NCBI RefSeq assembly: GCF_006345805.1
Contig: NC_043009.1
Coordinates: 63,612,001-63,676,000, forward strand
From: Octopus sinensis
Lineage: Eukaryota
DNA: 64,000 bases
Direction of reading: 5' to 3'
Part shown: one piece after another, positions 1 through 13,051 of the stretch
How positions within the stretch are numbered: position 1 is the stretch's first letter
Layout of the letters: each line of letters begins with the position of its first letter
The notes under the pieces: generated by a model
What the model saw: the letters and a program-made list of their open reading frames with translations, nothing else
Told to the model about the DNA's origin: nothing
Databases searched by the model: none
Translations under genes and position numbers: made by a program

Positions 1-540
1 AGAATCGTTAGCACACCGGACGAAATGCTTAGCGGTATTTCGTCTGTCTTCACGTTCTGAGTTCAAATTCCGCCGAGGTCGACTTTGCCTTTCATCCTTC
101 GGGGTCGATTAAATAAGTACCAGTTACGCACTGGGGTCGATATAATCGACTTAATCCGTTTGTCTGTCTTTATTTGTCCTCTCTGTGTTTAGCCCCTTGT
201 GGGTAGTAAAGAAATAGGTATTTCGTCTGCCGCTATGTTCTGAGTTCAAATTCCGACGAGGTCGACTTTGCCTTTCATCCTTTCGGGGTCGATAAATTAA
301 GTACCAGTTACGCACTGGGGTCGAAATATAATCGACTTAATCCATTTGTCTGTCCTTGTTTGTCCTCTCTGTATTTAGCCCCTTGTGGGCAGTAAAGAAA
401 TAGGTATTTCGTCAAATTTCAAATTCTGCCGCGGTCCACTTTGTCTTTCATCCTTTCGGGGTCGATAAAATAAGTACCAGTTGCGTACTGGGATCGATGT
501 AATCGACATGCCCCTCCCCAGAAATTGCTGGCCTTGTGCC
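1..540 (+). mobile_element. tRNA-derived SINE family A, head-truncated multimer
   Basis: Recurring unit gagttcaaattccgccgaggtcgactttgcctttcatcc...gtaaagaaataggtatttcgtc, about 3 units. More than 25 copies occur in the window in both orientations (e.g. 3215-3478, 5700-5920, 5985-6385, 9480-9690, 12770-12980, 33115-33330, 44005-44210, 49690-50115, 63655-63830). Probably one of the published octopus OK/OR SINEs; the assignment was not verified. Confidence 0.85.
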
Positions 541-629
541 AAACTTTTAAAGCATATAATACTCTACTCGAAACAGCATGTACAGGAAGTGTGAAAGGCG
601 TGATTAATACTCGTGTGATATGCTACAGT

Positions 630-900
630 TCAGTAAAGTTCTCTTTCTGACGGGATATCACATGATACAACAAACACGATATCTTGATAAGTTGCAGCAT
701 TAAAAGCAATTTTAATGTCAACGAACGGAAGTCTGTAGGTGTGACATGCGCAAAACTTGGAGAGTGGTGCTGAATGAAGAATGATTATAGGAAAGAATCT
801 GATATCAACCGGCTCTAAGGAGAGAACATTCGGAGAATTTAAAAACCGTTTATCGATCGAAATATCCAAAATATACAAATGATCTAATGATCTTGTTGTG
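630..900 (-). mobile_element. Possible ancient LINE RT remnant
   Basis: HTYRLPFVDIKIAFNA weakly resembles the RT motif EYxxPLxxxFVDxxKAFDSV. Confidence 0.3.
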
Positions 901-1256
901 TGATAACACGAACATCAATGAGAATATTTTAAAGTTCTAATGAGGAATTAGCGTGCGTCTTAAAGAGACAACTGATTTCCGATGGAACTAATAACCTCTG
1001 GGAAATCACAAACACGGAAAAAGATGTTTTCTTCAATAGACCAAAGAACGAGATACAATTACGAGATAAGCTGCGGGATTAAGTGGAATGAATTTTTATT
1101 TAGTTGTTTAGATCTTCAAACTACATCGATCTCGTTAACACCCACATAGTGTCTCCGTTTAATCGATAAATACACAACGTGCAGGTCTCACCATAACACA
1201 CACACACACACGCACACACACTATCACTATTTATCCAGATAGCATCTCTACGTTGT

Positions 1257-1633
1257 GTGGAGGCGCAATGGCCCAGTGGTTAGGGCAGCGGACTCGCGGT
1301 CATAGGATCGCGGTTTCGATTCCCAGACCGGGCGTTGTGAGTGTTTATTGAGCGAAAACACCTAAAGCTCCACGAGGCTCCGGCAGGGGATGGTGGTGAT
1401 CCCTGCTGTACTCTTTCACCACAACTTTCTCTTACTTCCTGTTTCTGTTGTACCTGTATTTCAAAGGGCCGGCCTTGTCACTCTCTGTGTCACGCTGAAT
1501 ATCCCCGAGAACTATGTTAAGGGTGCACGTGTCTGTGGAGTGCTCAGCCACTTACACGTTAATTTCACGAGCAGGCTGTTCCGTTGATTCGGATCAACCG
1601 GAACCCTCATCGTCGTAACCGACGGAGTGCTTC
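1257..1633 (+). mobile_element. tRNA-derived SINE family B (other copies 6820-7199 minus, 8990-9267 minus, 42812-43104 minus, 46140-46450 minus, 48630-48925 plus)
   Basis: Head GGAGGCGCAATGGCCCAGTGGTTAGGGCAGCGGACTCGCGG...GGTTTCGATTCCC with A and B boxes. The body is conserved but copies carry two alternative 3' tails. Confidence 0.85.
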
Positions 1634-3799
1634 CTATCTCTACATTGTCTCCATCTTATCCGGTGAATACTTATCTACACACTGTAAGTGTGTCTAATAA
1701 ATATATACACTCTCTGTCCGGTGATCAATATAATAAATATATACACTCTCTGTACGGTGATCAATATCTACGCATTGTATTTATCCGTCCAATCAATTAT
1801 TTTAGCTTTTATTTTTGTTTTTAACCATTCGACTGCGGCCATGCTGGAGCACCGCCTTGAAGAAATTTAGCCGAACAAATCAACCACAGGACGTTTTTTT
1901 CCTCTTTAAGCCTGGTACTTGTTCTATTGGTCTCTATGTTACGGGGACGTAAACAAACCAACATCGTCGTCAAGCGGTGGTGGGGGACAAACACATATAC
2001 CAAGACACATACACACACACGACGGGCTTCTTTCAGTTTTCATCTACCAAATCCACTCACAAGGCTTTAGTGGGCCCGATGCAATAGTAGATGACACTTG
2101 CCAAGGGACTGAACCCGGAACCATGTGGTTGGGAAGCAAGCTTCTAACCAAACTGCCACGCCTGTGGCCTATACCAGCATTTTGTGCCATTAACCACTGA
2201 TCCAGCTATGCCTATCTCGTCAATACCAACTCCATAAGTTCTGTGTGTTTCATCACCACCAACACCACAATTTATATGATGGGTAATAACACAGAATCGT
2301 CAACATAGGGTCGACAACGGGGCCAGTTGCCCAAGGCCCCACGAAACACAGTTGCCCAAGGCCCCACGAAACACAGTGGATATAATGGTTTCAAACGTTG
2401 GTGCAAGGCCAGCAGGGGGGAGGTGGGTTTGTGGATTCTCTCACTACTCAACTGGTATTTTATTTTAACGACCCCCCGAACGGATGAAAAGCAAAGTCAA
2501 CCTCAGTGGAATTTGAACTCAAAACGTAAAAAACTGGAAGAAATGATGTCTAATGGATCTACAAGGGAATAATAATCATTTCTACTAAAGGTACAAGGCC
2601 TGAAATTCTGGTGGAGAGACAAGCCCCCAGTACGTAACTCGTACTTATTTTATCGACTCCGAAAAAAATTAAAGGCAAAGTCGACATCAGCGGAATTTGA
2701 ACTCTTAACGTAATAACAGTTTATTTTCGTGTCAAAATTTTCTATATGTAATGGCGCCGAAAATTCAGTTTACTCAAGACGCGTGGTTTAGTGGTTAAGG
2801 TATTCGGCTCACGATCGGAAGGTCGTGAGGTCGATTCCCGGTGGTGCGTTGTCCTAGAACAAGACACATCTTTTTCACATTTTTCTAGTCCACTCAGCTG
2901 GCAAAAATGAATAGTACCTATATTTCAAAGGGGCCAGCCTTGTCACATTCTGTGTCGCGCTGAATTTCCCTGAGAACTATAACTTGTTTAAGGTCATTCT
3001 CTACAGATTTTCTATAGAGATTGTAGCAGGCACTGATTTTGTTACAACGTTTCGTATCCGAGACAGGGCACGCGTGTTTGTGGTGTACTCAGCCACTTAT
3101 ACTAAATTCTACGAGCAGGCCCCTCCGTTCATCGAATCAACTGAAACCCTCCTAGTCGTAACCGACGGAATGCCACCCATTTTATATCCCTTTTCTTTCT
3201 GTTTACTCAGGGCGTCCACAACAAAGGGCTCGGCCCTACTTCAATACCTATTTCTTTACTACCCACAAGGGGCTAAACACAGAGAGGACAAACACGGACA
3301 GACATAAGTATTAAGTCGATTATATCGACCCCCGTGCGTAACTGGTACTTAATTTATCGACCCCGAAAGGATAAAAGGCAAAGTCGACCTCAGCGGAATT
3401 TGAACTCAGAACGTAACTGCAGACGAAATACGGCTACGCATTTTGCCCGGCGTGCTAACGGTTCTGCCAGCTCGCGCCCTACCTCAATACCAACACCACA
3501 AACCGAGCGAAACCCAAACACCTACCAACTGTATAACACAGTTAATGTCGCAATTGTTTCCCAGATTGAGTTAATATATTTACAAACAAGCTGTAAAAGA
3601 TTAATCAGATAGCCACCCATGAGTTCCCTAAACATCTCGTCAATTGATTGACAGCAAGGTTCAGTGAACCTTCGGAAAGCACTGAGAGCTAAATACCTCC
3701 CTTTATTGATAATTCGTCATCCTCGAAGCTTTGAACGAAGGAGGTATTTGTTAAGACTTGTGTGTAAGTTCTACTCCATGAACAGGTATACGGTACATT

Positions 3800-3839
<40 letters not shown>

Positions 3840-4836
3840 ACGTGTGTGTATATCTCTGTGTGTTATAGTGTTTGTATGTCTCTGTGTGTATGTGTGTATC
3901 TGTGTATGTGTGGCCGCTATGTTCTATTAGGATAAGCAAAAAGAAAGTCACCACTTGTTGAAGGTGCGAAAGAATGCCAACGATTCCAGCAGTATTTAAA
4001 ATGATGACAAACTGAGATAAATATAGCATTTATTAGAATTATTCTATGCTTGCTATTTTCATTTCTACGGCGCTGTTCTCGTCAGTGGGCATAAATAAAT
4101 ACAAACACAAAACAATAACACAGATGGAAATAGCACGAAATAATTTCAAACGTCGAACGTTTACGCAAAGCAATATGAACCAAAAACAATAAGAAACAAC
4201 ATTTAATGATCCCTAATTTAGGAACAAAATCAACAACTTTGAGGGGAGGGAGTTAGCCAATGCTACTTACGTCGGTACTTTATTTTATCGACCCTTTTGC
4301 GTTATTATATAGCCTCAGGTCGATTCTGATCCAGAAGACCCATGAGCAACAATGTCTCATTTGTGACAAACCCGCCTATTTTCTATGACCCTGTGAGCAT
4401 CTTTAAGAATGGTACCGCGTTTATTTAAGGGAGGCCTGGCTACTAAATATAGCCAGGCGGGAAAAGATGATCTCGATGGATTTGAACACAGATCCTGAAG
4501 AACCAGAACAAATGAAAACAAGGTATTTTTCTCGACACTTTAACGATTCTGCCAAATCGACCGCCCTTCATAAATAACATACTCTTTACTCTTTACTCTT
4601 TTACTTGTTTCAGTCATTTGACTGCGGCCATCCTGGAGCACCGCCTTAAGTTGAGCAAATAGACCCATGGACTTATTCTTTGTAAGCCTAGTATTTATTC
4701 TATCGGTCTCTTTTGCCGAACCGCTAAGTTACGGGGACGTAAATACACTACCATCGGTTGTCAAGCGATGTTGGGGGGACAAACACAGACATACAAACAC
4801 ACACACACACACACATACATACATACAGATATATAT

Positions 4837-4868
<32 letters not shown>

Positions 4869-6526
4869 ATATATATATATATACGACGGGCTTCTTTCAG
4901 TTTCCGTCTACCAAATCCACCCACAAGGCTTTGGTCGGCCCGAGGCTATAGTAGAAGACACTTGCCCAAGTTGCCACGCAGTAGGACTGAACTCAGAACC
5001 ATGTGGTTCGTAAGCAAGCTATTTTTTTTTCTATTGGCACAAAGTCTGAAAGTTTTGATAACCGATTACATTGACCCGAGGGTTTGACTGGTGCTTATTT
5101 CATCGATCCCAAAATAGCGAAAGTCGACCTTAGCAGTATTTGAACTCAAACTGTAAGGATCGAAGAAATGCGGCCAAGCATTTTGTGCGGCGCGCTAACG
5201 ACTCTGCCAGCTCTTGGCCTTCGTAGTAACAAACAATGTTCAACGCTAAGAAGCAAAATAAATAACACAGAACTTCGTGGGGGTTCAATGAAAGACCCTT
5301 CGCCTGGTCGCTCGATTCGCTGTATTTAATAGCTTGGTCTTCTTTAAACACGCTACTCTTCTTAAACAGATACACAGAGTCAGAGAAAATAGACGGGGTT
5401 GTCACGAATCATGGGCTAAACACAGAAGGGACAAACAAGGATAGACAAACGGATTTATACCTTCTTTATACGTAAATAGCAACGCAACCACAACAATTAC
5501 CGTCATCATCATCAACAACAACAACAATAAAACGCATATAAAACAATAAACTTAAATATTATAAAGCCCTGCTGTGAGTTAAATAAAAATAAGAAAGTAA
5601 ACGCATTCCTTCTTTGCTATTCATGTGTGAGAGAAAAAAAGAGGGGCAAAGTCTCTTGGCCGGTTTTGTGCTTCTTGCCAGCTCCTCAGGGAAGGCATAT
5701 TCTTTTCTGCTCTAGGTACAAGGCTGGAAATTTTGGGGTTGGGGGCCAGTCGATTAGATCGACCCCAGTACGAAACTGGTACTTAATTTATCGACCCCGA
5801 AAGGATGAAAGGCAAAGTCGACCTCGGCGGGATTTGAACTCAGAATGTAATGGCAGACGAAATACGGCTACGCATTTCGCCCGACGTGCTAACTAACATT
5901 TCTGCCAGCTCGCCGCCTTGGAAGAAATTACATATATATATATAATGTTCGACTCAGCTCTATTCATTAGCCTGAAAGCGACATCAATTCCTACGATCGA
6001 CGGAACGTGGTAACTGATGTCGCTTTCGGCCAAATAACAACAAATACCACGTGACTAGAGTTAGCCATTGGAAGCCGTCGACTTTGCCCATTCATCCTTT
6101 CGGGGACGATTAAATAAGTACCAGTTACGTATTGGGGTCGATATAATCGACTTAATCCGTTTGTCCTCTCTGTGTTTAGCCCCTTGTGGGTAGTAAAGAA
6201 ATAGGTCTTTCGTCTGCCGTTACGTTCTGAGTTCAAATTCCGCCGAGGTCGACTTTGCCTTTCATCCTTTCGGGGGTCGATAAATTAAGTACCAGTTACG
6301 CACTGGGGTCGATATAATCGACTTAATCCGTTTGTCTGTCCTTGTTTGTCCCCTCTGTGTGTAGCCCCTTGTGGGCAGTAAAGAAAAAAAGAGGGATTCT
6401 GTTCTTGTGAATTACGAAGACAGTGACTGAATGGCTGTCGGCTATTTACCATAACAGGCTAAAAATGTGGGTTTAAGTGATGGATGTATAAGCAACGAGA
6501 GAGGCGGAGGGGGTCATGTCCGTATG

Positions 6527-6572
<46 letters not shown>

Positions 6573-7677
6573 TGTGTGTGTGTGTTTGTGTGCGCGCGCG
6601 CGTGTTAGCATCTGTATGTCTGTGTGTGTGTGTATGCGTGTGTGTTTTTGTAAAATACAAAAAGAATACGTACATATAAGGTTTATCATTATTTCAAATT
6701 CAAATTACTGTGTTTTGTCATGGGGAAAATTTCTCTCCGATTTTCTCCATGGCAAAACATAGTCAAAAACTTTCTTACAGGTTCGAATCTGCCCCAGGCA
6801 TTCTTGAACTGGTAATAAATGGAAGCACTCACTCCGTCGGTTACGACGACGAGGGGTTCCGGTTGATCCGAATCAACGGAACAGCCTGCTCGTGAAATTA
6901 ACGTGTAAGTGGCTGAGCACTCCACAGACACGTACACCCTTAACGTAGTTCTCGGGGATATTCAGCGTGACACAGAGAGTGGCAAGGCCGGCCCTTTGAA
7001 ATACAGGTACAACAGAAACAGTGAGAGAAAGTTGTGGTGAAAGAGTACAGCAGGGATCACCACCATCCCTGCCGGAGCCCCGTGGAACTTTTAGGTGTTT
7101 TCGCTTAATAAACACTCACAACGCCCGGTCTGGGAATCGAAACCGCGATCCTATGACCGCGAGTCAGCTGCCCTAATCACTGGGCCATTGCGCCTCCACA
7201 CTAGTAATAAATAACCTTGTATTCTATACACAGCATTGCTTAACGCTGCCTCCTTGCAATACAAGATAGATAACTTCTCCAGACTATTAAAGACTTATCT
7301 CCCTTTAATTTAGATTGCGAACACTTTCTAAACAATTTAAAATTTATATATATATCGCTCTCTCTTCTCTCTTCTCTCTCTCTCTCACTCTCTCTCTTTC
7401 TCTCTCCCTACCTTTGTGTGTGAGTGTGTGTAATGAGTGGTCTGGCTATACCCACCTCCACATCAGCTTCGCCAGCTCAGAGATACTAGAAACCCAACTT
7501 GTTAAAAATACGACAGAAAACTCAAGATGATGAAGGAACACGTTGTAAGGGCCCCGTCGATTGTGGTAACCCCACTAAAAATCTTAATCATGCAAACTGT
7601 TGGTTTGACGTGACACAAAGAGGATACTTGTGTTATTTTGTTAATTATGAAATGACATCATAATATATACGATATTT

Positions 7678-8440
7678 AGGCGGTGAGCTGGCAGAATCGT
7701 TAGCACGCCGAGCGAAATGCGCAGCCGTATTTCGTCTGCCGCTACGCTCTGAGTTCAAGTTCCGCCGAGGTCGACTTTGTCTTTCATCCTTTCGAGGTCG
7801 ATTAAATAAGTACCAGTTACGCTCTGGGGTCGATATAATCGATTTAACCCGTTTGTCTGTCCTTGTTTGTCCTCTCTGTGTTTAGCCCCTTGTGGGTAGT
7901 AAAGAAATAGGTATTTCGTCTGCCGTTACGTTCTGGGTTCAAATTCCGCCGAGGTCGACTTTGCCTTTCATCCTTTCGAGGTCGATTAAATAAGTACCAG
8001 TTACGCTCTGGGGTCGATATAATCGATTTAACCCGTTTGTTTGTCCTTGTTTGTCCTCTCTGTGTTTAGCCCCTTGTGGGTAGTAAAGAAATAGGTATTT
8101 CGTCTGCCGCTACGCTCTGAGTTCAAATTCCACCGAGGTCGACTTTACCTTTCATCCTTTCGGGGTCGATTAAATAAGTACCAGTTACGCTCTGGGGTCG
8201 ATATAATCGACTTAACCCGTTTGTCTGTCCTTGTTTGTCCTCTCTGTGTTTAGCCCCTTGTGGGTAGTAAAGAAATAGGTATTTCGTCTGCCGCTACGTT
8301 CTGAGTTCAAATTCCACCGCGGTCAACTTTACCTTTCACCCTTTCGGAATCGATGAATTAAATACCAGTTACTCACTGGGATCGATGTGATCGACTCATT
8401 CCCTTCCCCTAAACTGCAGGCCTTGTGCCTATAATAGAAA
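7678..8440 (+). mobile_element. SINE family A tandem array, 184-bp period
   Basis: TATTTCGTCTGCCG recurs at 7728, 7912, 8096 and 8280. Confidence 0.9.
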
Positions 8441-9689
8441 GGATTATATATAAGTTTTTTTTTTTTGCTTCAGTTACAAGTGATAGCCAATCACGTGATC
8501 GCATCACTTTTACTTCATTTTTATCGCTGTTTCCGCGGACTCCATTGACTCTTTGTCGCCAACCAATTCCATTTTAATGAATTTGAATCAGGAGCTTGAG
8601 TCACAATGAATCTCTCATTAGCTGATTACACAAACAATGGACGCCCTTCCCCCCATCCCACCCCACCCCGGCCACTTTATGGAGGCGTTGCATTTACTTA
8701 ATTATCAGAGCTTACTGATCTTGACCGTTGAACTTCTAGGATTCCTTTCGCTCAGCATTCAATGTAAGGAGCACCGTTGGTTCAGTTGATCCCTTCCGAT
8801 GCCTCTTCACAATCAGCCATGTTGCATGCTGCCCCATGACTTCACCGTGTCCCAAGCAGTGTGACCGAACGGGTGCTATGCGTGCCTTACCAAATGGACA
8901 ACCCCTAGCTATGAAAGGCACGGTCATCATCCAGTGAGATATTTTCAAAATATCCGCATAGCCACACTTTCAATTGTTTGTACCTTCTCGAGCCATGCCT
9001 GGCTCATAAGGGCCGGTTTCCCGGTTTCTTTGGCGTATAGGTTCCGCACCTGGACGGGACACCAGTCCGTCGCAGGTGAGCAGCAAGATGCAGGAATGAA
9101 AGTTGTGGCGAAAGAGTCAACAGAAGTTCGCCATTACCTTCTGCCGGAGCCGCGTGGAGCTTAGGTGTTTCGATCATAAACACACACATCGCCCGGTCTG
9201 AGATTTGAACCTGCGATCTCTCGACCGCTAGTCCGCTGCTCTAACCACTAGGCCATGTGCCTCCACATACTTTCAATTAGTTCATCTAAAATTGATTAAT
9301 ACTCTTTCCAAAAACACGAGGTTAATGATTATTGAAGTTTATGGAAATTACTATGAGTTCGGAAATTAAGAGGGAGTCTGTTCGATCTGTTTTGTGTCTG
9401 AGGAAATCTATCGGGATTGTTAACAGTTGGAGAATTAACCGAATGACACGATCTTCACAATATATGTTTATAATCTTTTCTACACTATGCACAAGACACG
9501 AAATTTTGGGGGAGGGGAATAGTCAATTAGATCGACCCCAATATGCAACTGGTATTTAATTTATCAACACCAAAGGATAAAAGGCAAAGTCAACCTCGGC
9601 GGAATTTGAACTGAGAACATGCGGCAGACGAAATACGGTTACGCATTTCGCCCGGCGTGGTAATGATTCTGCCAGCTCGCCGCCTTCTT

Positions 9690-9706
9690 ACATGTGTGTG
9701 GTGTTG

Positions 9707-9737
<31 letters not shown>

Positions 9738-9957
9738 TGTGTGTGTGTGTGGTGTGTGTGTGTGTGCGCGCGCGCGCGCGTATATACATATATTATATAT
9801 GTATCTATATATATATTTATATATTAGATATATATAAATATTTATATTATATATGTATATATATATGTGTATATTTATATATATATAATATATATATATA
9901 TATACATATTGTGTGTAATTATATGTATAGTATATATATGTGTATATATATATATAG

Positions 9958-9995
<38 letters not shown>

Positions 9996-10045
9996 ATGTA
10001 TATATATGTGTATGTGTGTATGTATGTATGTGTGTGTATATAGTA
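9690..10045. repeat. Compound (GT)n/(GC)n/(AT)n microsatellite; dozens of similar tracts occur across the window
   Basis: Seen directly. Confidence 0.95.
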
Positions 10046-10798
10046 TATTAACAATTATCTCTTTGAATTCTGGACATTTCTATGAAAGGTCGTAAATAAC
10101 TTTACTATTATATTATTAATATTATCATAAATAAATCCTTATTATTAAAAGAATTATTACTAATCGTTATTAGAAAGAAAGTGATGGCAGGCTGAGGTCG
10201 ACTTTGCTTTTTCCTTGTTTTGTGGTCGATAAAATAAAATACCAGACATGTTCTCAGGATCGATTTAATCAAATAACCCCTCTCCATAAAATTGTAGGGT
10301 CTAATGGTTATGTTAGAAACAATTAAAGGCGGTAGTTTGACAGAATCGTTAGAGCACCGGACAAAATAAGTTGCGGTGTTTGATCCGACTCTTGGATTCT
10401 GTGTTCAAATCCCGCCGAGTTTAATTTTGCCTTTCATTCCTTTTGAGACCGATGAAATAATCTTTTCTACTCTAGGCACAGAACCTGAAATTTTGTGCGA
10501 ATGGGTAGTCGGTTACATTGGCCCCCACCAGTACTTCACTTGTACTCATTTTATCGACCCTCGAAAAGATGAGAGGTAAAGTCGATCTCGGTGGAATTTG
10601 AACCTAGAACGTAACGATGGACGAAATGCCGCTGAGCATTTTGGCCCGCCTGCTAACCATTCCGTTAGCTCGCCACCTCAGGCGATCGATGAAATAAAAC
10701 GCTAGCCAAGTACAGGAATCGATAGTATTGATCAAATCATCTCCTTTCGAAACTGTAAACCTTGCACCTGAGTTACAAAAAATTATTTAATAATAAAT

Positions 10799-11273
<475 letters not shown>

Positions 11274-11356
11274 ATACCGAGTCGTATAAGACTTCAGAGA
11301 ACAAGTCTAATTTAACAGATCGTCAACGCAGAGAAAACGAGACCGTGGATATTTAC

Positions 11357-11413
11357 CTTGGCACCAATTTGGTTCCCGCACTGTCCAGCTTGCATATGAA
11401 CAATCTCCCTCAT
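11357..11413 (-). CDS. TUBB: Beta-tubulin, first coding exon ([19 protein letters not shown]); the rest of the gene lies left of the window
   Basis: The minus strand reads ATGAGGGAGATTGTTCATATGCAAGCTGGACAGTGCGGGAACCAAATTGGTGCCAAG|GTAAAT: 19 codons matching the beta-tubulin N-terminus, followed by a phase-0 donor at the conserved intron position after codon 19. No exon 2 (FWEVISDEHG) was found in 1-11356. Confidence 0.97.
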
Positions 11414-11499
11414 GGTTATTCAGATTGGCTGAGAATTGATTGAAAAATTCGCGAGTGTATCGTAGAAAGTCTTCCACAGTCTGCTGGTAATTCCTTGCC

Positions 11500-11533
11500 G
11501 AAATGTGTTCAGCGAAGTTCTCTCCTATTTATA
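11500..11533 (-). promoter_or_regulatory. TUBB: Beta-tubulin core promoter: TATA box and initiator
   Basis: TATAAATA at 11533-11526 (minus), with an Inr-like CATTTC whose A (11504) is 29 nt downstream. This implies a 5'UTR of about 91 nt before the ATG at 11413. Confidence 0.7.
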
Positions 11534-12062
11534 AACATTGCACCACTTGACTTTTGCATCATGTCCAAACACATCGCCATTTTCATAAAGTTCCAGATTA
11601 CATTTGCACTCAATGTAATCACCGTTATTCTGTCAAAAGGAATCAGTGTTTAGAACCATGGTAATCTCTACGGCACTAACTCCCTGACCGTTGCTAAGTT
11701 CTCCACTGCATTACCCTAAGACGCTATAATAATAATATCGCAGATAAAATACAACTTAACTTCTCTTTTGTGGACTGGATATTTTGAGACATAACGTTGC
11801 TATTTATCTTGAAAAAGAAGGGGATAAAAAAAGGGGGGAAATAAAAGAAAAGGCACAAAGAAGAGAGAGAGAGAGAGACGGTGGGGTGTCAAGAAGGGAG
11901 AGGGAAAAGAGAAAGAAGGGGTCAGAGATTACCAGTAAATATTATTGTTGATTTTTTTGTTATTACTGGTGACAGTGTTGACGGGGTTGTTAGGGTCACT
12001 GGCGAATATACTGAAAGGGGTGTTGGCGATTATGTGATGGCACTGGAATTATTGGTTTTGTA

Positions 12063-12365
12063 GTAATGGCGGTGCTGTCAGTGGTGGTGGTGGTGTTTGA
12101 TGGTGGTGTTGGTGGTGGTAGTGGTGGTGGTGGTGTTTGGTGGTGCTGGTGGTGGTAATGGTGGTGGTGATGGTGATGGTGGTGGTGGTGGTGGTGGTGG
12201 TGGTGATGGTGGTGGTGGTGCTGGTGGTGGTGCTGGTGTTTGGTGGTGCTGGTGGTGGTAATGGTGGTGGTGATGGTGGTTGTGGTGGTGGTGGTGCTGG
12301 TGTTTGGTGGTGCTGGTGGTGGTAATGGTGGTGGTGATGGTGGTGGTGGTGGTCGTCGTCGTCGC
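12063..12365. repeat. (GGT)n-based compound trinucleotide repeat with higher-order duplications
   Basis: About 300 bp; the block GGTGTTTGGTGGTGCTGGTGGTGGTAATGGTGGTGGTGATGG appears three times. Confidence 0.95.
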
Positions 12366-13051
12366 TGACGTCATCGCTGTTGTTACTTTAAAGGCAATAA
12401 TACAATATTAAACGAAATACTTAAATACATTATTTCCTACAACCAATATTTAGGTAGCCATGGCACCAAATCTACCCGGTCGGGTAGATTTGGAGCTAAA
12501 GTGTGACTAATCTTACAGACTGTTTTGGGTGTTTTTACAGGTTGGTTCTAAAAAGTGTGAAGAAGTACTTTGGTTTTGATCTTTCCTTAAGAACACAGAA
12601 GTCAGATGAGAAGCTTAAGATCATAAAACATCGAAGAAGATCAGGGCATTAACGGATTTCTTTCTATTGAGCCAGAGAGATTAAGAAGAGAAAATACAGG
12701 GATCTCAGGGATCTCATGTTGGCAGCAGAATCAAAGCGTTTCGTGCCAGGTCGCGAAACGCAGTAATATTGGTTTCAAATTTTGGTACAAGGCCAGAATT
12801 TTTGTGGGCAGGGGATAAGTCGATTACAATGACCCCCAGTCCTCATCTGGTATTTTTATTTCATCGACCCCCGAAAGGATGGAAAGACAAAAATTGACCT
12901 CGGCGAAATTTGAACTCAGAACGTAAAAACGGACGAAATGCCGCTATGCATTTTGCCCAACGTGCTAACGATTCTGCCATATATATATGGGAAGGTTTAC
13001 GAAAATAAACAAAAGACGAAGGCAGGCGCTCAGGAATAGAAATAAAACAAG

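Noticed and set aside
125-145. CACTGGGGTCGAT resembling the reverse complement of the beta-tubulin exon 2 IDPTG codons
   Set aside because: It is a constant motif of SINE family A, with no flanking FWEVISDEHG.
1257-1330. tRNA-like sequences (also 2779-2850, 24812-24885, 30650-30717, 59405-59470)
   Set aside because: They have A/B boxes but no complete acceptor stem, and each continues into a repeat body; these are SINE heads, not tRNA genes.
9692-10051. ORFs rich in CV, YI, HT or poly-H/T/P/G (also 12078-12374, 13177-13620, 15484-15831, 51875-52486 and others)
   Set aside because: Translations of microsatellites; no coding signal.
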